Positions 38,454 to 50,904 of a DNA stretch of 64,000 nucleotides are shown here, piece by piece. The DNA is taken from the NCBI GenBank assembly GCA_001655205.1, contig LPNZ01005888.1, forward strand, positions 1-64,000. The letters are read 5' to 3'. Made by a program: the position numbers and the translations under genes. The notes below the pieces were generated by a model. That model did no database searches and was not told the origin of the DNA. It saw only the letters and a list, made by a program, of their open reading frames with translations. The stretch is from Lenisia limosa (Eukaryota > Protista > Breviatea). How positions within the stretch are numbered: position 1 is the first letter of the stretch; each line of letters opens with the position of its first letter.

Positions 38454-41400
38454 ATGGGGAGGAACAGTGGATTGTCTTTGCAGGAGCGATCTTTGAAAAC
38501 CAAAAGTATCAACCTTGGAGTTCAAACCGATCTTCCCTGTGAGCTCCCTTTATTGTCATTAAGAAGAGGGAATCATATTAACCTGTCTCCACCAACTTTG
38601 TTCACCCCCATAGCCTGTCATGGTGATGACTGCCCTCCTCGACCCCAAAGAAACATGATCTCCCCGTTTGGCTCTCTTTCCCTCCCAAAATTTGTATGGG
38701 AAGGGGGAGGGGGATTTTTGTGTGATAGTAATGTAAAATTACAATTTATTTTAATACATCAGCCGAGACAAATTGCCCTTCCAGAAGAGGCTATCGAATC
38801 TTTAGAAAGCGATAGAGCGAGCAAACTGAAACGGTTCAGTGCCTATGGTAAGTGGTCGACTTCAATGAGAGTGCAAAGTTAAGGCTAACCTTTTAGGAGT
38901 CGGTCTTGAAACCCTGGCTCACCAGCTCACAAAACTTCCAATGTTATCGAGCATTGAACTTCAAAATAATTGCTTGAAAGGGGTAGGACTGGTGGTAGAA
39001 TAAGAGCATATTTTTGCTTACCAACTATTTAACTTTGGTAGCCTCTTCCCGACCTATTCTCCAACCCCAACCTTGAGGACCTCACATTGGATGATAATCT
39101 CTTTTCCGATTGTGGCGACCTTTTCCCTGTCGAAAGTCTTGAGTCCATAAAGTCTTGCAAAGTTACGGTAAGGATGTCTGAATACTGCTTGTTCACTTTG
39201 AAGGAAATTCGAATGTCAACTTGCTCCCTTTCTCAAGTCCCTTCTGCTATTGAGAAGGCACAGACATTAGAGTGAGTAACAATCATATGGACATTATTTA
39301 CTATGTACTCGCAGAATTCTGTTCTTGGGCTTCAACCGTCTTCGAGCGCTTCCCGAGTGCAGCGCTTTTGTCAATCTCATCCAACTGGACCTTTCACATA
39401 ATTTCGTAGGTCCAACAACAGGGTTTCTAATTGATTAGATTGGAGAACTTCCCGATTTCATCCCTAGTCTACCGCGACTGATGTGTCTCAATTTATCATA
39501 TAATCGTCTTACAACTCTTGAAAACAGTAAGTTTGGAAACAATAAAAGAAAATAGTATTTTTTGAGGTGTTAAATTTTTTAGCGTCATTCACCAACCTCC
39601 CTTGTCTCACTACGCTGGACCTGAGCCATAACTCCATTACGTCTCTCGGACTTTCTCCTTCGGTAATGTTGAAATTGGACCAATGAAGCTGACATTTTAG
39701 TCCGGGGTGTTTGTTTTGAAGGCTCTCGCATCCTTGAATGTTGAGTGCAATTCAATAAGCATGCTTCCACCTGGTATGTTCACTGTTTTTTTTTTGTTTT
39801 TTAAGATTAGTAACAATACATCAATAGGGCATCACTTCGATCCAAAAACAAAGATTTTCTTAAAATCTTCAGAAAATCTCGATTTCGCTGGCTTTTTCGA
39901 AAGCTATAATCGATATAAATAAACATTCCATCATGATCCCCCCCCCCAGCTTTGATCCCCTCGGGGGTCGTANNNNNNNNNNNNNNNNNNNNNNNNNNNN
40001 NNNNNNNNNNNNNNNNNNNNNNNNNNNNNNNNNNNNNNNNNNNNNNNNNNNNNNNNNNNNNNNNACATTTCCCTTACTTTTTAACGCCTTACAGGTACGT
40101 TTGGGTGATCGAGCGGTNNNNNNNNNNNNNNNNNNNNNNNNNNNNNNNNNNNNNNNNNNNNNNNNNNNNNNNNNNNNNNNNNNNNNNNNNNNNNNNNNNN
40201 NNNNNNNNNNNNNNNNNNNNNNNNNNNNNNNNNNNNNNNNNNNNNNNNNNNNNNNNNNNNNNNNNNNNNNNNNNNNNNNNNNNNNNNNNNNNNNNNNNNN
40301 NNNNNNNNNNNNNNNNNNNNNNNNNNNAGCTAAATTTCAAAAGCAATCGTTTAGAGTCCTTCCCTGAATGTTTGTCTCGATTTTCGTATCATCTGTAATG
40401 TTTTAGCATTGGTTCAAGCCCCGTCCCTTCGCCACCTCGATGTGTCCAATAACAGACTGACCGAAATGCCGAATATGACCCACTTATCCCTTCTCACCCT
40501 GAAAGTTTGTTATTGTCTCTCTCATTTATTTTCCAGGTGGCTGCAAATCGCCTCACCACACAACCTCTCTTTACTGCTGCTGACATGGGAAGCACTATCA
40601 ATCTTTCTCACAATCCTTATTCCGAGCCAAACAGGGAGCTTTCTTCATTTATTTCCAACGTTGCCCATATTCGTAGTCTCAACTTGGCTGGCACGGGGCT
40701 GAGGTGAGCAGTGTATTTCCAAATTATATTAACCCTGTATTGCTCTTCTTTGTATCACATCTTTAGTAAAACTGAATATCTTGGCTTTGACAACTTGGAC
40801 ATGCTGAAGTCCTTGGATGTGTCGGTCAATCCCTTGGAAGAATTGTGCAGTGGTATTGACGTCGGTTATATCAATGCTTCAGCAACAAATCTCTCAGAAG
40901 ATGGGGGTATGACGTATAAGTGCATCACTGACTCTTTAGCGATTACAACTTTGAGGAATAGCCAAGACCTTGACATCTTTATTTTCAGTAAGCACAGTTC
41001 CTCACCTTTTGTCTTCATTCTTTTCTTCAATAATCACCTTAGACCGTACGCCTGCATGTACCTCTAAAAGTGTCATGGCAACTCTGGTAAGTGATCTTGT
41101 CTTCTTTTCCTGGTGTTTTTCTAAACAATCTAGGCCGAGTCCTTCTGTAACGGCGAGTCTGAGGAATGTCTCCCTGAAAATAGTGATGATAGTGAGGTTG
41201 AGGTAGGCAAGTTACAGGATTTTATCGGATGTTAGTGTTTTTTGCGATTTTTAATCAGTACCAGATTTGCCACGTGGGAACTATTGGGCCTCGACCAACT
41301 ATGGAAGACGCGCACTGTTCATTTGTTTTGGAGTTAGTGGTGAAAGATCTTGCTGAGGTGCTGTTACTGGCTTTCGCTTTTATTATTTCACATTACGCCC

Positions 41401-42494
41401 ATTATTCCTTCGTCCCTCATCCCTCAGACTCGAAGACCAAGAAGTAACTTTCCTTGGACTCTTTGATGGACATGGCGGGACTCTAACTGCGTATGGGATG
41501 AATTTCTTCCTTTGCCTCTTCTAACTATGCAGGACAAGAGCGGCAGCGTGTTGTGAAGAGCTTCTTGAAGAGGCTTTTGAGTCCATTGAGGATGGTTTGT
41601 CGATTTCTTTTTATATCTCAATTCTCATTGCTTAGATCGCACACTTTACTCTTTAGATGTTTCGAGTGTTCTTCAATCCTTTGTTGCATCCCTTTCCGAT
41701 CACATTGATGAGATCCTTCGTTCCCCGTTGTGAGCTATTTATTTAATTAAGAGTTATAAAATTTTCCGCTCCACCGTTCTTTAATAGCTGATTGTACTTT
41801 CTTTTTTCAAACCACGATCTGACCACCCAGGGAAGATCCGCGAGAAAGGAGATCTGGTGCGACCATGGTTGCCGCCGTCATCATGCAAGACTTCATCTAT
41901 ACAATCAACATTGGTAAGTTGACTTGGATTGAGACTCATCTTCAGGTGACAGTAGGGCAGTGTTGATTGAGGATGGAACGTACAAACAATTGACGACCGA
42001 CCACAAGCCAACTCTGGAATCCGAGAAAATTCGAATCCATGCTAGTGGCGGCTATGTCAGTAACGGCCGTCTCAATGGCTCACTTGCTCTTGCCAGGTTT
42101 GCGTTTTTGTCTCACCATTTTTATTTTATTTTTATCATTTCTTTGTCCTCTCATTTTCGTTGGACATTGTTGATACTGTAGAGCCCTTGGCGACCTGACA
42201 TTGCACCCAGTCGTGAGCTGTGAACCGGACATTGTCAAGTGGGAGAAGCCGCAATGCGGAACTGTCATCCTCGCCTGTGATGGGTAGGCTTCTGGCTGGT
42301 CTTATTGCTTTAGTGTTTGGGACGAAGTGAGCACTGATCAAGCCGGACGGTTAGTCGAACAAAACCGTGACTCACCTACCTTTGGAGCTGGAGAGGTTGG
42401 CTCAATCCTTTATTTTATTATCTAGCTTGTGGACCTTGCCCTGGCCCTTGGCTCAATGGACAATATTTCAGCAACTATCGCTACTTGGGGTTGA
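38454..42494 (+). CDS. Leucine-rich repeat plus PP2C phosphatase protein; one LRR exon appears interrupted at about 39844-40327
   Basis: Many LxxLxLxxNxL repeats, then RPTMEDAH, FDGHGG, NIGDSRAVL, DHKP, LALARALGD, VILACDG and GSMDNIS, which are the PP2C metal-binding motifs. Confidence 0.9.
39844..40327 (+). mobile_element. Putative insertion carrying copy 2 of the unidentified repeat (partly in gaps)
   Basis: The LRR frame breaks after about 39843 and resumes at 40330 (LNFKSNRLESFP). The sequence between has AGATTT/AAATCT motifs, a C-run and the repeat shared with 1-130. No GT occurs between 39828 and 39966. Confidence 0.5.
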
Positions 42495-42583
42495 GGCTTT
42501 TTGATACTATTTAATTACTGCAACATTTATTCTTGTTTCTTGATCCAGAGTTTGTACCCACATTAAATATGTATTACACCGGT

Positions 42584-43787
42584 TTAATTGGTGATAGTGA
42601 AGGCATGTTGAGCCTGGGCGTAGATGTAAGAGTGCTTGTGCTTGCCAGAGCAATCACCAGAGCAGATCTTGAAAAGAGCCTTGTAGTCTCCAGCAGAGAG
42701 CTGGTCCTTGGGGCCACCAAACTTGAGGTCAAGCTTGTACTGCAATAATTAGCCAGGAAGTAAACAGGATGACAGTGAATGATTGCTGCTCACTTGTCCG
42801 GGCTGGAGAGGAAGCTCAATGCGCTCAAGGCCAAAGGGTTGGATACCATGGCCCTGGTGAATAAAAATAAAAATCATACAAGGCGGATAGAGAGCGGTTA
42901 AATCCCAACATACGAAGATAACAAACTCGATGATGCCAGTGGAAGTCTCGTTCTTAACAGTGAACAGGGCATCCATGTGGACCTCATCCTCTAGATACAT
43001 GTCAAAAATAATAGCGTTAAGGCGGGGAAAGGACCAAAGGGAGGGGGGCTTACTGATTGTTGGCTGGGCAGGAGAAATTTCAATTTCATCGACAACAACT
43101 TCTCCACCTTCGACGAGAGGGCAGAAGTTCCAGTCCATACAAATTTCGATTGGGTCGGGGCTGAAATCGGTAAGCTTAGATTTGGCAAATTTCCTCGCAT
43201 AAGGGATTTAAACAAACAACCTACTCTATTTGAGAGATAAGGCGTCCGAATTCCTTCATTCCAACCTGAAAAATGAGTGAAGGAAAAGCCGAAACACGTG
43301 TCATTCACATTCCATTCCTAAAGCATACAACATCGCAGAGGAGAGAGCAAATTTGGCCTTCAAGGGGGTTGGGGAGGAGAGAGCCTAAACAATTTGTAAA
43401 ATTTTCAGGAAAACGAGATTTTCCAAGTCCCAATTCTGCCCAGCTTACAAACAATTCCGCAAGATGAGAGCACTCCGACCTAAAGGGATGAAAATGATAT
43501 TTCAAATACCACTTACTTCCTCCGAGTCCCAACAAACCTGCTCAATAATTTGGGCAAGATCATTACAAGCACGGCTCATGAAAGAACTACAGAGAAGTAA
43601 GAAAAGCTCGGAACATATTAACAGATCTCACAAAACTCAGAAAACTAAAAATAATTGAAGCCCCGACATACGCGCAAAGAGGACAGTCTCTCTTGTAGTC
43701 CTTGCCAACTTTAGTGAGGTCAGACTCAATTTGGATGGCATTGGCAAAAGCCAAAATAAGGAGAAGAGCAAATATTTTGTTAAACAT
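42584..43787 (-). CDS. Countin-like secreted protein (saposin-like domain plus C-terminal beta domain)
   Basis: Signal peptide MFNKIFALLLILAFANA; CPLCASFM..NDLAQIIEQVGVLSSCGIVC; CSLLCDVVGMKEF; PDPIEICMDWNFCP; ICSGDCSGKHKHS...FTITN*. Cys spacing and motifs match Dictyostelium countin as I recall it. Confidence 0.85.
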
Positions 43788-43922
43788 CTTGAACTACAGG
43801 TGTTTTTTTGAGAAAAATAGTTTTTCCTTGAAAAAGCACTTCCACGTGATTACTTCCGATAGTCTTCCGATATTAAATTTTGCTTTGCCAACCACCACGT
43901 ACCAAAGGGCCAAAGGTTCCAA

Positions 43923-46087
43923 ATGAACGAGGATGAGGCCCAACGGGCCCGTGATGTAGGTAGGAAGCATTTAAAGAATGGTAGATGGGACGATGCTATT
44001 CGTCTTCTTCAAAAGGCAGAGAAGCTTCATCCTTCTCTCGCTGGCATCAATGATGAAATATTAATGGCAAAGTCTTTGAAAGAAAAGGTAAAATTCCTGT
44101 ATAACGCAAACCCCTCACTTCATCTAGCCTCCCCAACCATCGTCAACCCCTGTCACTCCACTGGTTTGTTTTCTATTCTGTCGGTCATATTGACAAAATT
44201 TAGAAAGCTAAAACCACCTCAACCCCTTCAACCTCACCAGCACACTCTTCACCACAAAGGACATTCACTCCTGAACAATCTCAGCTTGCACAAAAGGTAC
44301 GTCACAATTATGGAATCCCAAGAGGAGTTTATTTGTTTGGCAGATTTGACTTTTTAAGATTGCTAAATGTAAGGACTACTATGATGTTCTTGGATTAACC
44401 AAGAGTGCTACAGCTGAGGAGCTTAAGAAGGCGTATCGAAAGGTTTGAATTCCTGGGCTTCTTCATTTCAGTCCGCATTTCCTTTCTCACAACTTAGCTT
44501 GCAATCAAGCTCCATCCGGTTTGCACACAAAATAAAACCCAGATAAGGAGGCCTTGTAATTTGAGCTGAAAATTCCGTCACATAATGACATTTTAGGATC
44601 GTAATGCTGCACCAAAAGCAGGCGATGCTTTCAAACGTAAGTTGGGCTTTCTTTCTTTTGATGATGATCATTCTTTAGGGCTTGGGGCCGCCTATCAATG
44701 TCTCTCAGATGAAAACAAAAGGAGGATTTATGATCAGACTGGAAGCGAAGAGGAAGTTCAACAAAGAAGTTGGTGGGTGGTTTCCTTGCACTGGGTTGGA
44801 TTGGATACAGCACATCAAATATCCCCTTTTTGTGTGTGTAGCACTCCACAACGATTTGATTGCTCTCCTCATGGAGAGAAAATAAATAAAAAATGATATC
44901 AATGGTGCATTGATATTTTGGGTTCTCACTGGGCCGCTTGTGTCATGCTTGCCTTTATTACGTCAAGGGAATATATTCTTCAACATAGAACACTTTAGCT
45001 ACAAATAGTTTACTAAAGTATCCAATATTACAATCTTACCACATCCCTATGCATATGTGTTCAAGGTCCATGCCCCATCCCTATGCATATGTTCAAAGTC
45101 CATTCCACCAAGTCGCTGAAATACCTTTCAAAGTTCACTTTGATATTAGAATTACATTCGTATCTGACTTTCCAGCTGCTTCTGGAGAATTTAATGAGGT
45201 CTCTGTGTAAGAAGGGTTTTAGTTCCAATTTTTGTTTCTTTGTAATGAGGGGTATTTATTACTATTTAGTGAGGACCTTTTTAATGCTTTCTTTGGAATG
45301 AACGCACAACGTTTGTGGGGAGGAGGTGACTGACGTGTTGTTCTTGTGTGACTCTTTAGCGTCGATGTACGGTAACAGAAACTTCCGAGTCTATCACAGT
45401 GGCAACCCGCGGAGGCGACAAGTGAGGTTGAAGCTGAGCACGATCTTATTTCTTTAGAACGGGGAGCCAACTGGTGGTCAATTTTTTGGCAATCTTCTTA
45501 TACCTTTTGCAATCGTACTCATCTTCCTTCTTCTTAATATCACGGTTGGAGGGAAGTAAAAGTCTCTTCATTGATGTTGGATTGGAGGGAGGGGGTGGTA
45601 TCTTCATGATGTTGTTGACAGTGCAGTCTTCCAGCAGTCCGTCTCCTTCATTCTCCTTCGAACCCTCAACAATTTTAAATGAAAACCGCCAAACTCGTGA
45701 CGGAAGGTTGGCCGACCCGAATTTAATATTTCTGTAGTGTAACATTCTACGTTTCCTCTGAAGTGGCAAATGAAATACAAAGGAGTAAGAAAGTAGGTCT
45801 TGCCCCTGGTGACACGGAACTCACAACCCAGATGCGGCGATATATGGACTCACTAGTCATTGAAAAATACACGGTAATGATGCACCGGGAATGTAAACAG
45901 CAAAAAGAATCATTGAAAGAGTAAGCTGTTCAATCAAGCATTTCATATTTTTTGGAACTCTTGTTCACTGGTTAGAATTGAAAGGAAGATGAAACAAGCT
46001 ACTGGCACGGTGCGAGAAGGTCTCAGGAGCAAAGCTGCAGCAATTTCTTTGGAATCCTGTGACTGGCTGAAAAATAGAAGATCGTAA
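43923..46087 (+). CDS. DNAJB12: DnaJ subfamily B member 12/14-like ER co-chaperone
   Basis: MNEDEAQRA..., DYYDVLG, LAIKLHP|DRN (HPD motif split by an intron), AYQCLSD, EDLFNAFFG, one TM segment and a DUF1977-like tail SLESCDWL. Confidence 0.9.
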
Positions 46088-46234
46088 GATTGTGGGAGTG
46101 TTCTGATTTAGTGTTTCTTTTTTGACAATTGGATTGTTCAAAGCAATGATTGTGAATTACAATACCATGATCTGAACGATTAACTATTTCCATTAGAATG
46201 TACCATTTTGGGAAAACAATTACATAACACAAGA

Positions 46235-49200
46235 TTATAGGCCCGTTTTTGAAATGGCAACTTCCTTTGATGATGGCAGACAGACCATTATTCTTGTGGG
46301 ATCTCCTTGGAAGGACAGGCGGTTTCCTCTGACAATGAAAGATCGTGACTACTGCCCACCTTTCGCGGCCTGGTTCCGAAGTGATGGGGTTCATGGTCGG
46401 TAGAGAGGTTGCCTGAACAATTGGTTGTGACCAAGACGACACACCATCATCCTTCACGTCTGCATTAGACTTTGAACTAGCACATGAGTTGCAGCAAAAG
46501 GAACTTACGACTGAAGGCGGTTCTCAAAGAAGTCCATTTCATCGAACACCATTTGGTCCGTTAGTTTACGACATTGACTGCAAGGTCAAGCTGCCAAGAT
46601 GTTTACCTGAGGTTCAGCCATTGGAGATGGGAAGCGAATTTCAAATATGTTAAGGAAACCTTCGTGAGCCGAGTTCCCCCACGACAATTCAAATAGATGA
46701 GACCTGAAGGTTATCAGTAAGTACCAAGCCCACTTTTGCTTGAAGTTGTGATTGCCTTAATGGCCGAATCAGACAGGGCAGCGACACTGTACGTAAAATC
46801 CAGATATGAGAGCTTCGGGCAGCTTTGGCTGGAGTGTTAAGCACCTAAGTCCTCACCTGAGTTTGATGACTGACTTTTCTGTGATTTTGCTACAAAACTG
46901 GAGAGATACGTGTTCCAAGTTTGGAGCAGCTGAACGTCAGAACATTCCTGCCCTACCCATACACAGCTGATGGACAACTTCATCAGTAACAGCGGTGCAA
47001 TCGCCAGCTTCAAACCACGTTAGCAGAGGCATGTTACCATGGGAAAGATGGGCAAATCCTAACAGTGAGAATACTTACTCCAACCTTTGGGTGAAACGTG
47101 GATGTTCCGATTGAGACTCAGACTTATTAGCGAGAGCTTCTTGAAGACAGCGTTCAGACCTTCATCACTGCGAGCGTTACAAGGTATGACAGCATACTCA
47201 TTGAGCTTGACGAAAGACAATGACAAGTGGTTTATCCGACGACAGTGGTCGGCCACCGTTTTGATGCCTGTCCCGTCGATTCTTTTACAGTTGGTCAGAT
47301 CCAAGGACTTCAGATGTTTCATGGATGTCAAATACTCCACGCCACTAGAGGTGACTTCCCAGCATGAAGCCAGGTTGAGTTGTGAGATGTTTGGACAGTG
47401 GTCTCCAAGATCTTTGAGAGCCCAGTCCGTCACGGCCCAGCAGTTCTAATCTTTAGATCAGGGATCTTTTTACCTGAAGGGACAAAACTCGAAGCGAGTC
47501 ACCTGCAAATTCTGATATCAACTTGATGGCCTTGTCAGTGATTTTGGCTGCGTTCTCGCCCAGGTCGAACTAAATAGATGAGAGGAGAACCATCCCACAT
47601 TAGTAACAATGGACTCGCCGCCAAGGTCATCAGTCACAAAGCCATATGAAAGACAGTTGAGGGGAATACTCTCGAGCTCTTTCTTGAAGAGTGAGATTGG
47701 AGAAGAGACCAACATGTTCCTTGTGGAACAGAATCCATTCACTTAGTTCGGGGTGCTGAGGTCTATAGAGTAAAATGAGTCGTTACCTCTTTCCACTTAC
47801 GCTTCAATGTTTATACTGTAGTACTCAGTGGGCTCGTCAAATTCTAGATGGTGAGACACAATGGGACAACTAACCACTCTCAGAGCAGAAACTGTCACCT
47901 TCAGAGTCTGACGCCTCTTCAACTTCGATCCTACACCATTAAGTACCAGATCCTTACGTTTTGGGCCCTTCAGCTCTACGCTGCTTGACTTTTTGATATC
48001 TGTCCAAAGCAGTTTGCGTGACTAGGAAATGGAACCCGCTCTCAGGCTCACTTTCAAGGGTTCGCTGTTGCATTACAATTCAAAATAACCTACTCGGAAG
48101 TCGTTTTGACTGAATTGGTATACTGTTACGGCGCTGACAGCTACAACAGTTGCAGTTCTGCAATGTGATCTCATAATTTACCTACCGTGGAATGTCAAGG
48201 GTTAAAGAAACTTCACCAAAGTAGCCTCCAGCCTCAATGTATTCAACAAGCTTAACAATAAGATGATGATGGTGACAAACAATAAGATGATGATGGTGAC
48301 AAACATTATTACTGTCGTCTAGAACCTTGACAACTCCAGACATAATCACGTAAAGAGCTCTATCTGCTTCGCCTAAGATGTCACCATCAACACTCTTCTG
48401 ACCCACCCGCATCAACAATATGGGTGTCAGCTGCTAGGGTTAGCGGTTTCATATTTGACGCCATTTTTCTGAGCAAGTCTTCAGTGCACACTTTAAAAAG
48501 CTCAATCTATGTTGGGTTAGAGCGAAACGAAATACCTCCCCAAGCTTTTCGCAAATAGTTTCAACAACAAGGTCCAGGTTTTCAGAGTCTTTCGATCGCG
48601 CTCTGAACAACTCATATCTCTCAGATCCACAATCTCTAATCTGTTTGGTGACGCCAGCAATTTGGCAAACCTTCGCTTCAACAATAGGATTGAACTGGAG
48701 TACTTCATCCAAATCAGATTTCTTCAAAATCAGAGTTTCACAAGGACAGTCAGTTCTGATATGTGCTGCAATGTCATATTGATGAAAACGATTACCAGTT
48801 CTTGGAAGGTCAAAAAGCACCCCAACTTCTCCAAAGAAAGCACCTTCATTCATTTCAGCAAAAACCGTTTCACCATCTGGTGATGTGACAGAAACCTGGT
48901 GTCAAATAAGAAAAGGAATCTTACGTGGCCAGATGTGAGAAAGAATAGCGAGTCGGACGGGTCACCTTGGAAATAATAAACTGAAAAAGAGAAACAAACC
49001 TTTTTTGACAATAATTTCATCAGATGCATAGTATTTAGGTTCCAATCTGAGAGCAAGAGAGTGAAGCATTGAAGAATCCATGCTTCGGAATAAAGAAATC
49101 TGTACCATTAGTACCATATGTTAAAATCGAAAATACCCCTCACTTTTGAAATGAGTCCACTGATTTTGGAGAATTGTTCAGAGACCTTAAAGTATTAACT

Positions 49201-50455
49201 CATTGCGCATAGACGAACTTGAGTTGGTAATTGAGGCTTCGACCGCTTCTTGAATAAATTGAACCGTTCCTCTGCTTCTCTACGGATTGCATTTCCGACT
49301 GGTTTTGTCAGTAAATGGGAAGTTGAATAGTAAATATTTCCAAACCAGAAATAGTGATTATGTATTGTATGTCATTGCATATTATACAACTAGTCTATGA
49401 TCTTACCAGTTGGATGACTGGCTAAGACTGTATGTAAATTGGAACGGGTAATAACACCACATAAAGTACGATGACCTGCTATTACTGTTGCAGTTCGAGG
49501 AATACTAAACCGTCAAAAAAATGGCAATGATTGCAGTACCTGAAGAGGACACCAACTTCCCCAAAAAACTGTCCTGAGCCCATCGTATCATAAACGGATT
49601 CTCCATCAGCGCTGACCACCCTAACTTGTCCTCGGAGAACCAAAAACTAGAGCATTACAATCCCGCATGAGAAGTAGTTACCATTGCCTTTCCAGTTTCT
49701 CCAGTTCTAACAATAGCTTCATCTCTTGCGAATAGCCGCAGGGATACAATGCTTGCCAGCTGCTTGAAAAAACTCTCTAGTTATGAGCATCCAGCGATGT
49801 TAAGGCCAACCTGGTGATTCTTTAAACAATGGGTGGTTTTGCAAGAAACTCATGAGCTCAGCTGGGGTTTCCTCCTAAGCAATGTCAGGCAACACATAAA
49901 GCCAACAGTTGGAGTTGGTGCAGCAACCTTTTGGCCAGCCTCGTTGAACATGCTGTTGACACGGTCGGTGATAGGCTGATGGGGTCAAATCACAACGTTT
50001 TTTTACTTATTGGTAATTAGAGAAAATTATAGATTATAATAAATCAACTATAGAACAGGAAATTGGGCACTAGCTATATTCTTCAAGGATAATATTCCCA
50101 ACCAACAGACTGGATGTCCATGTTCATTGGGTGAAGAAGGGTATAATGTGGTGGGAGGTTAGTTCACTAAAAAGAGATTAAAAGTCACTAAATTATCAAA
50201 TAACTTTCACTATATTTTCAACTTTAACGCTATACAACAATATACAAGGTTTAGCTGTTGAAAAGTTAATGGGAAGATAACCTACCATATCAGGCATGTT
50301 ATCCGTATTGGGAAGCCTTTCAGTCAAATTGTAATCAGCTCCCAAAAACCCCCTTCTTTGTTCTTGCCTCCTGTCCACCTACCCTCCATCCGCTGTCTTC
50401 CCGTGTTCCACCCTCCTCTTGAGAACGTCAACGCAGTCCGGACGTTTGCTGACAT
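46235..50455 (-). CDS. Protein with about 3 cyclic-nucleotide-binding domains followed by F-box/AMN1-type LRRs; both ends approximate
   Basis: GSGQFFGEVGVLFSIPRTATV, EGAFFGEVGVLFDLPRTA and AGGYFGEVSLTLDIPR; Cys-containing LRRs such as CPNISQLNLASCWEVT and LKSLDLTNCKRID. Confidence 0.85.
48254..48305. repeat. Perfect 24-bp tandem duplication that includes an intron 5' splice site
   Basis: On the minus strand the intron reads gtttgtcaccatcatcatcttatt twice, then gttaag. Confidence 0.95.
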
Positions 50456-50904
50456 TGTTTTCTTTGACGGACTTTTGTTTTCTTCTGTTTTTTTTTTTCT
50501 ATGATTTTCACAAGAAATGGAATTAATTAGGCTGAACCATCGAACCATCATGAGAACACCATGTAAAGTTGGTGTTAGCAATTTTTTTCTTTGATTATTA
50601 ATAAATGTCACCAAGGAGGCGTAGATATTCAGTATAAATAAGGCTCCTAGTGTCACCTTATTGCAAATTCAAGCCACATTTCTGAGATTTTTTTGAAAAA
50701 GTCCGGAGTGTATGTCACTTTTCGCATGAAATCACCCAAAAACTAAAAAAAAACAAAACACAAACAAACCTTCCTGTTTTAGGTTGAAAGAATAGTAGGG
50801 TAATGTAACTTATGTAACTCATGTAATCTGATGAGTGGGAAAAAGATTTGGGAAAACAGAAAATCTGGGACAGATCTGGGAAAATCAAAAATCCATTTCT
50901 CAAT

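Noticed and set aside
39851-39870. AAGATTTT-CTT-AAAATCTT hairpin resembling the U5 stem
   Set aside because: It lacks the invariant GCCUUUUAC loop.
46023-46087. Apparent antisense overlap of DNAJB12 coding sequence with the ORF 46023-46457
   Set aside because: Splicing the minus-strand gene at GAAAG|gtggg...gtcag gives a frame that stops at about 46235, so no coding overlap is required.
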